Source of the DNA: an uncultured delta proteobacterium
GTDB lineage: Bacteria > Myxococcota > Myxococcia > Myxococcales > Anaeromyxobacteraceae
Length of the DNA: 64,000 bases
Reading direction: 5' to 3'
NCBI GenBank assembly: GCA_963766715.1
Contig: CAVYBH010000002.1
Span: 64,001-128,000 of the forward strand
A model generated the notes under the pieces. It had not been told where the DNA came from and ran no database searches. It was given only the letters and a program-made list of their open reading frames with translations. The translations under genes were made by a program, and so were the position numbers. Positions 59,481 through 64,000 of this stretch are shown in pieces (the stretch's first letter is position 1; every line of letters begins with the position of its first letter).

Positions 59481-62400
59481 CTACAGCTGCACGACCCTGG
59501 CCTGCTGCGCCTGGGCGCGGAAGCGCTCCTGCCAGCCGGGGCCAGAGACGCGCGAAGCCACCTCGACCGCCAGGTGGCGGGCCACCACGCCCAGCGCCGC
59601 GTTCCGCCCCAGCCCTTGCACGCAGGACGGGCAGTTGGTGAGCATCAGCGTGCCATTCGGGCGCCCCTCCATGGCCTCCTTCACCGAGGCGGCCTTGCGG
59701 TGGAGCATGGAGTCGGTGATGTCGGGGCGCGACAGGGCCAGCGTCCCGGCCTCGGAGCAGCAGTTCGGGACCTCGACCGCGTCGAACCCGGCGCGACGGG
59801 CGGTGGCGACGCCGTTGGCGTGCAGCGAGTCGTGGCAGGGGGCGTGGTAGAGCGCCGACTGCATCCCCTCGACCTTCAGGCCGGCGTCGAGCGCGAAGGC
59901 CACCACGTCCGTCACCGGGGCGCCGAAGATCTTCTCGATCTCCATCCCCGTGAGGCCGTCCATGCAGGTGCCGCAGCTCACCACCACCCCGTCGAACTCG
60001 AGGTGGGAGAACATGTCCCGGATCTGGCTGAAGAGGATGGTGTCGCGGAGCACCGTGCGGCCGTGCTGCTCGGTCAGCGCGTTCGCGTGGGCCGGGAAGC
60101 CGCAGCACAGGAAGGGCGGCGGGAGGACCACGCGGGTGCCGGCCTCGAGGAGCAGGTGGATGGAGGCCTGCGAGATCCGGGAGAAGAGCCGCTCCGAGCC
60201 GCAGCCCGGGAAGTAGAACACGGTGCGCTTCGCCTCTCCCTCCGGCTCGAGCAGGAGCGCCTGGTCGCCCCGGCACTCGGGGACCAGGTCGCGCAGCGTG
60301 CCCTCGTCGGCAGGCGTCACCGGCGAGCGCAGCGTGGCCAGGATGCGGGAGCTCGAGTCGAGCTTCTGGAGCGGCTGCGTCACCTCGTAGCCGGCCCGCT
60401 GGACCGCGCCGCCGATGCGGACGAGCGCGGTGCGGAAGAGGGCGTTGCCGACGCGCGAGCGGGTGTCGAGGTAGCGGAGCGTGAGCCGGGTGGGGAGCGG
60501 CATCCGCTTGAAGCCGCGCGCCGCCAGGATCTCCCGCTCGATGACCGTGACCTCGCCGGTGTCGATGTCGACCGGGCAGGGCTTCAGGCACTTGTGACAG
60601 ATGGTGCAGTGGTCGGCGACCTCCTCGAGGTAGCGGAGGAGCTCGAAGGAGCCGGAGCGCTCCCGCTGCGCGTCGTAGAGGAGCGCCTCGATGAGGGCCC
60701 CGATGGCCAGGTTCTTGTTGCGCGGATGGAAGAACATCCCGCGCGCCGGGTAGAAGACGCAGCAGTCGGGCTTGCACTTCCCGCAGCGGACGCAGGTGGC
60801 GATGCGCTTCGCCAGCTCCTCGAGCTGGCCGTGCTGGAGGATGCGGGCCTCCAGCTTCAGGAGGTTGAAGCTGGGGGTGTAGATCTGGTCGAGGGCCGCC
60901 AGGTCGGAGAGCTTCCCCGGGTTCATCAGCCCGTCCGGGTCGACGCCCTTGCGGTAGGCCTCGAGCTCCTTGCGCCGCTCCGGGTCCCAGTACTTGAGCT
61001 TGGTGACGCCGATCCCGTGCTCGCCCGAGACGACGCCGCCCAGCTCGTGGACCCGCTCGAAGACCTTCTCGACCACGGCGTCGGCGCGGCGGAGCATCTG
61101 CCGGTCGTTCGAGAGCACCGGGATGTTCACGTGCACGTTGCCGTCGCCGGCGTGCATGTGGGTGGCGAGCACGATGAGGCGGGCGCGCACCTCGTCCCAG
61201 ATGGACTGGAGGGTGGTGGCCACCTTGGGGTAGCTGCCCAGCAGGGCGCCCAGGTCCTGGCGCAGCCGGTTGCTCACCAGCGAGCGACCGGACGTCGGCC
61301 TCGCCGGCCGACTCGATGGCCTCGCGGGCGCGCGTGCAGGCGGCGAGCGCCGCCTCCAGCTTGGGCGCCCAGAGCGCGTCCTCCGGCGTGGGCACGCCGC
61401 GCAGGTAGGTCTCGGCGCGCCGGACGAAGTTCTCCTGCCCGTGCCGCTCCTCGTGCACGTTCATCGCGTCGATGAAGAGCGAGAACTCGGCGAGCGCGGT
61501 GAGCGGGAGGACCACGTCCTCGTTGATCTTGAAGGCGTTCGTCCGCCGGGCGATGGCGCCGAGCTTCTTGCGGTCGGCCCAGAAGCGCTTGCCCTCGGCC
61601 GCGTCCCGGGCCTCGGCGAGGAAGGTGTTGGCGTGAGGCGACAGGATGGAGCGGATCCGGGCCACCCCGCGCGCCACCTCCTCGGGGGTGTGGCCCACCA
61701 CGTCGACGATGATGACCGCCTTGGGCGTCTCGGCGCGCGGGGCCTTCACCTGGTAGCCGATGGCCTTCACGTACTGATCGTCGAAGTGCTCGAGCGCCGA
61801 CAGGGCCTCCTCGCCCCGGTTCGGCATCTCCCGGGCGATCTCCAGGATCACCTCGCTGGCCTCGTCGAAGTCGGGGCCGAAGAACTCCAGGCACAGGGTG
61901 CGGGTCTGCGGATAGGCGGGGTAGAGGATGAACTCGGCCGACGTGATGACGCCGTCGGTGCCCTCCTTCTGCACGCCGGGCAGCCCGCCCAGCGCCTTGT
62001 TCGTGATGTCCTTCCAGAGGCCCCGCTTGCGGATCTCGCTGCCCAGCAGCGAGATCTCGCGGACCAGGCCGCCCGCCGCGTCCCGGACCTCGAAGCGGAC
62101 CACGTCGTCGAAGAGGATCTTGCGGAGCTGGTGGTTCACGCGGCGCACGATCCAGTCGTGGCCGCCGGGCATGGCGATGCGGAACGAGACCAGGTTGTCG
62201 ATGCAGGTGCCCCACAGCACGCAGTCCTTGCCGCCCGCGTTCTCGGCGATGTTGCCGCCGATGGTGCAGGCCCAGGCGCTGGTGGGATCGGTCGCGAAGA
62301 CCAGCCCGTGGTGGGTGGCGTGCTCCATCGCGGCCTCGGTGATGACGCCGGCCTCGAGGTCGATCAGGTGGCCCTCCACGGTTCGCCCGTCGTCGAGGAC

Positions 62401-63087
62401 GAACGGGCGGGTGGAGATGCCCCGGATCCGGTTCAGCTTCTCGGTGTTCACCATCACGCAGTCGGGCGTGAGCGGGATGGCGCCGCCGGTCAGGCCGGTC
62501 CCGGCGCCGCGCGGGATGGCGTGGAGCCCCAGGCTGCGGATGGTGGCGAGGAGCGGGGCCACCTGCGACTCGTCGGTGGGGGTGACCACGGCGAGGGGGA
62601 GGTGGAGCCGCCAGTCGGTGGCGTCGGTGGCGTGGGCCACCAGCGTGAACGGATCGAGCAGCACGTTCTCGCGCCCCACCACGGCGCCGAGCGCGCGGCG
62701 CAGGCGGGCGTGCAGGTCGGGCGCGCGACGCACCTCCTCGCGGACGCCGTCGAGCATGCGCCTCGCCTCGGCCAGGACCTCGAGGACCTCGGTGTCCCGG
62801 CCCGCGCCCTCCTGGATGAGCCGGAGGTTGGTCTCGGCGTCGCCGAAGAAGCGCTTCCGCCGGCGGGAGGAGATGACGAGCTCGTGGCGCAGGTAGGGAT
62901 TGCGCCGGTGGACCAGCACCTCGCCGAAGACCCGCATGAGGAGGCGCGCCGAGCGCCCGGTGACGCGGCGCTCGCGAAGGTCCTCGAGCTTCTTCCAGAC
63001 CCCCTTGCCGAGCAGCGACGACACGGCCTGCCGGTCGTCGGCCGACGTGTAGTTGTAGGGGATCTCGCGGTGGCTGGGATTCGTCAT
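59481..63087 (-). CDS. Large FAD-linked/Fe-S/CCG-domain oxidoreductase (DUF3683 type; frameshift near 61285)
   Basis: REIPYNYTS, PRGAGTGLTGG, IGGNIAENAGG, HMHAGDGNVH, SGEHGIG, CVRCGKCKPDC, CTICHKCLKPC, LCCG, NCCSE, NCPSC. Confidence 0.9.
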
Positions 63088-63256
63088 GTTCCTCCCCGCC
63101 CTCGGGCGGAACAGGACTCAGTAGCAGGTTCCGTGCCCCCGGCCCAGCATGGTTAATGTAATAAATCTATGTGGTTGAACTGGCAGGCCCCCGGCCGGGT
63201 CGCAGAAAAATATGCGCCCCTGGCCGGGACCCGCCACGCCAGCGCCGCCGCGCCGG

Positions 63257-63497
63257 CTAGCCCTTCTTCATCGTCTCGGTAAACGTCGCGACCGCAGCCT
63301 TCTCGGCCTCCCGGACGGCGATGCGGAACCCGCCCGATCGACTCCCGGGCGTCCTCGCCCATCGCGAGCAGCTTCTGGCGGGTCTTCTGCCCCGACTCGG
63401 GCGCGAAGAGGAGCGCGACCACGCCTCCGACCGCCGCGCCCGCAAGGAATGCGAAGAGCACCGTTCCTGCGCCGACTCCACCGTTTTGCTGGCTCAT
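63257..63497 (-). CDS. YtxH-domain protein (frameshift near 63335)
   Basis: FLAGAAVGGVVALLFAPESGQKTRQKL. Confidence 0.85.
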
Positions 63498-63929
63498 CCT
63501 GAAGCCTCCTTCCTCTGCTGTGTGGAACTCTCGCGGCGCCGCCGGCTCGGCGGCGCGGCCCGTGAAGGGTCCTCGGACATCTCCCCCTTCCAGGCCCGGA
63601 CCGCCGCGATCACCGCGGGGACCACCGCCGCCGAGACGTTTCCGGCGATCTGCATGGTGCCGCGCATCTGGTTCACGCAGGTGGGCCGCGTTGGTGAGTC
63701 CGTCGACGATCTCGTTGATCTTGCCGTCCTTCTCCAGCGCCGCGCCCAGCCGGTCGAGCCGCTGGGAGGTGTTGTGGATCGCCACCATCGCGGCCTCGAT
63801 GTCCTTGGCGCTCTTGTCCATCACGGAGCGCAGCGTGCGCAGCGTGCCGTAGAGCTGCGCGAGCAGCGGCAAGAGCGCGCCGACGAAGACCGCCGCCAGC
63901 ACCAGGAGTGCGACCTGCCAACCTTCCAT
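63494..63929 (-). CDS. Small membrane/coiled-coil protein (DUF948-like) preceding YtxH (frameshift near 63680)
   Basis: N-terminal TM helix then amphipathic helices; stop overlaps the ytxH start; GGAGG SD. Confidence 0.65.
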
Positions 63930-64000
63930 TCGGCCTCCGAGGATGGCGCGCGAGGACGGCGCCTCGTTCGGATCATGCTCCCGGCGCGAGCGCCCGCGCC

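Overview
A 64 kb GC-rich chromosomal segment. Gene content and protein style suggest an Anaeromyxobacter-like member of Myxococcota (inference). It is densely coding, with about 60 genes, mostly core and physiology: M23 peptidase-secA, surE-nlpD-apt, a complete Rrf2-regulated SUF operon (sufBCDSUT), sahR-ahcY, glgP, lemA-TPM-TPM, an amtB with a sigma54-type promoter followed by cation antiporters, and a large FAD/Fe-S oxidoreductase. I found no rRNA, tRNA, CRISPR array, prophage or IS element. At least 25 genes, including secA, sufC, sufS and ahcY, are split by single-base indels. These look like long-read consensus errors, so I report those genes as joined CDSs with approximate boundaries. 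The most notable observations are: (i) an operon coupling an NTT/Npt-like nucleotide exchanger to two Tat-signal NAD(P)-dependent oxidoreductases; (ii) a secreted Zn-phospholipase C/P1-fold protein with a membrane-type C-terminus, coupled to a thioesterase; (iii) repeated TAnnnT -10 hexamers 6-8 nt before start codons (leaderless genes), including overlapping bidirectional promoters; (iv) several clear operator palindromes; (v) an in-frame TAG in sufB.
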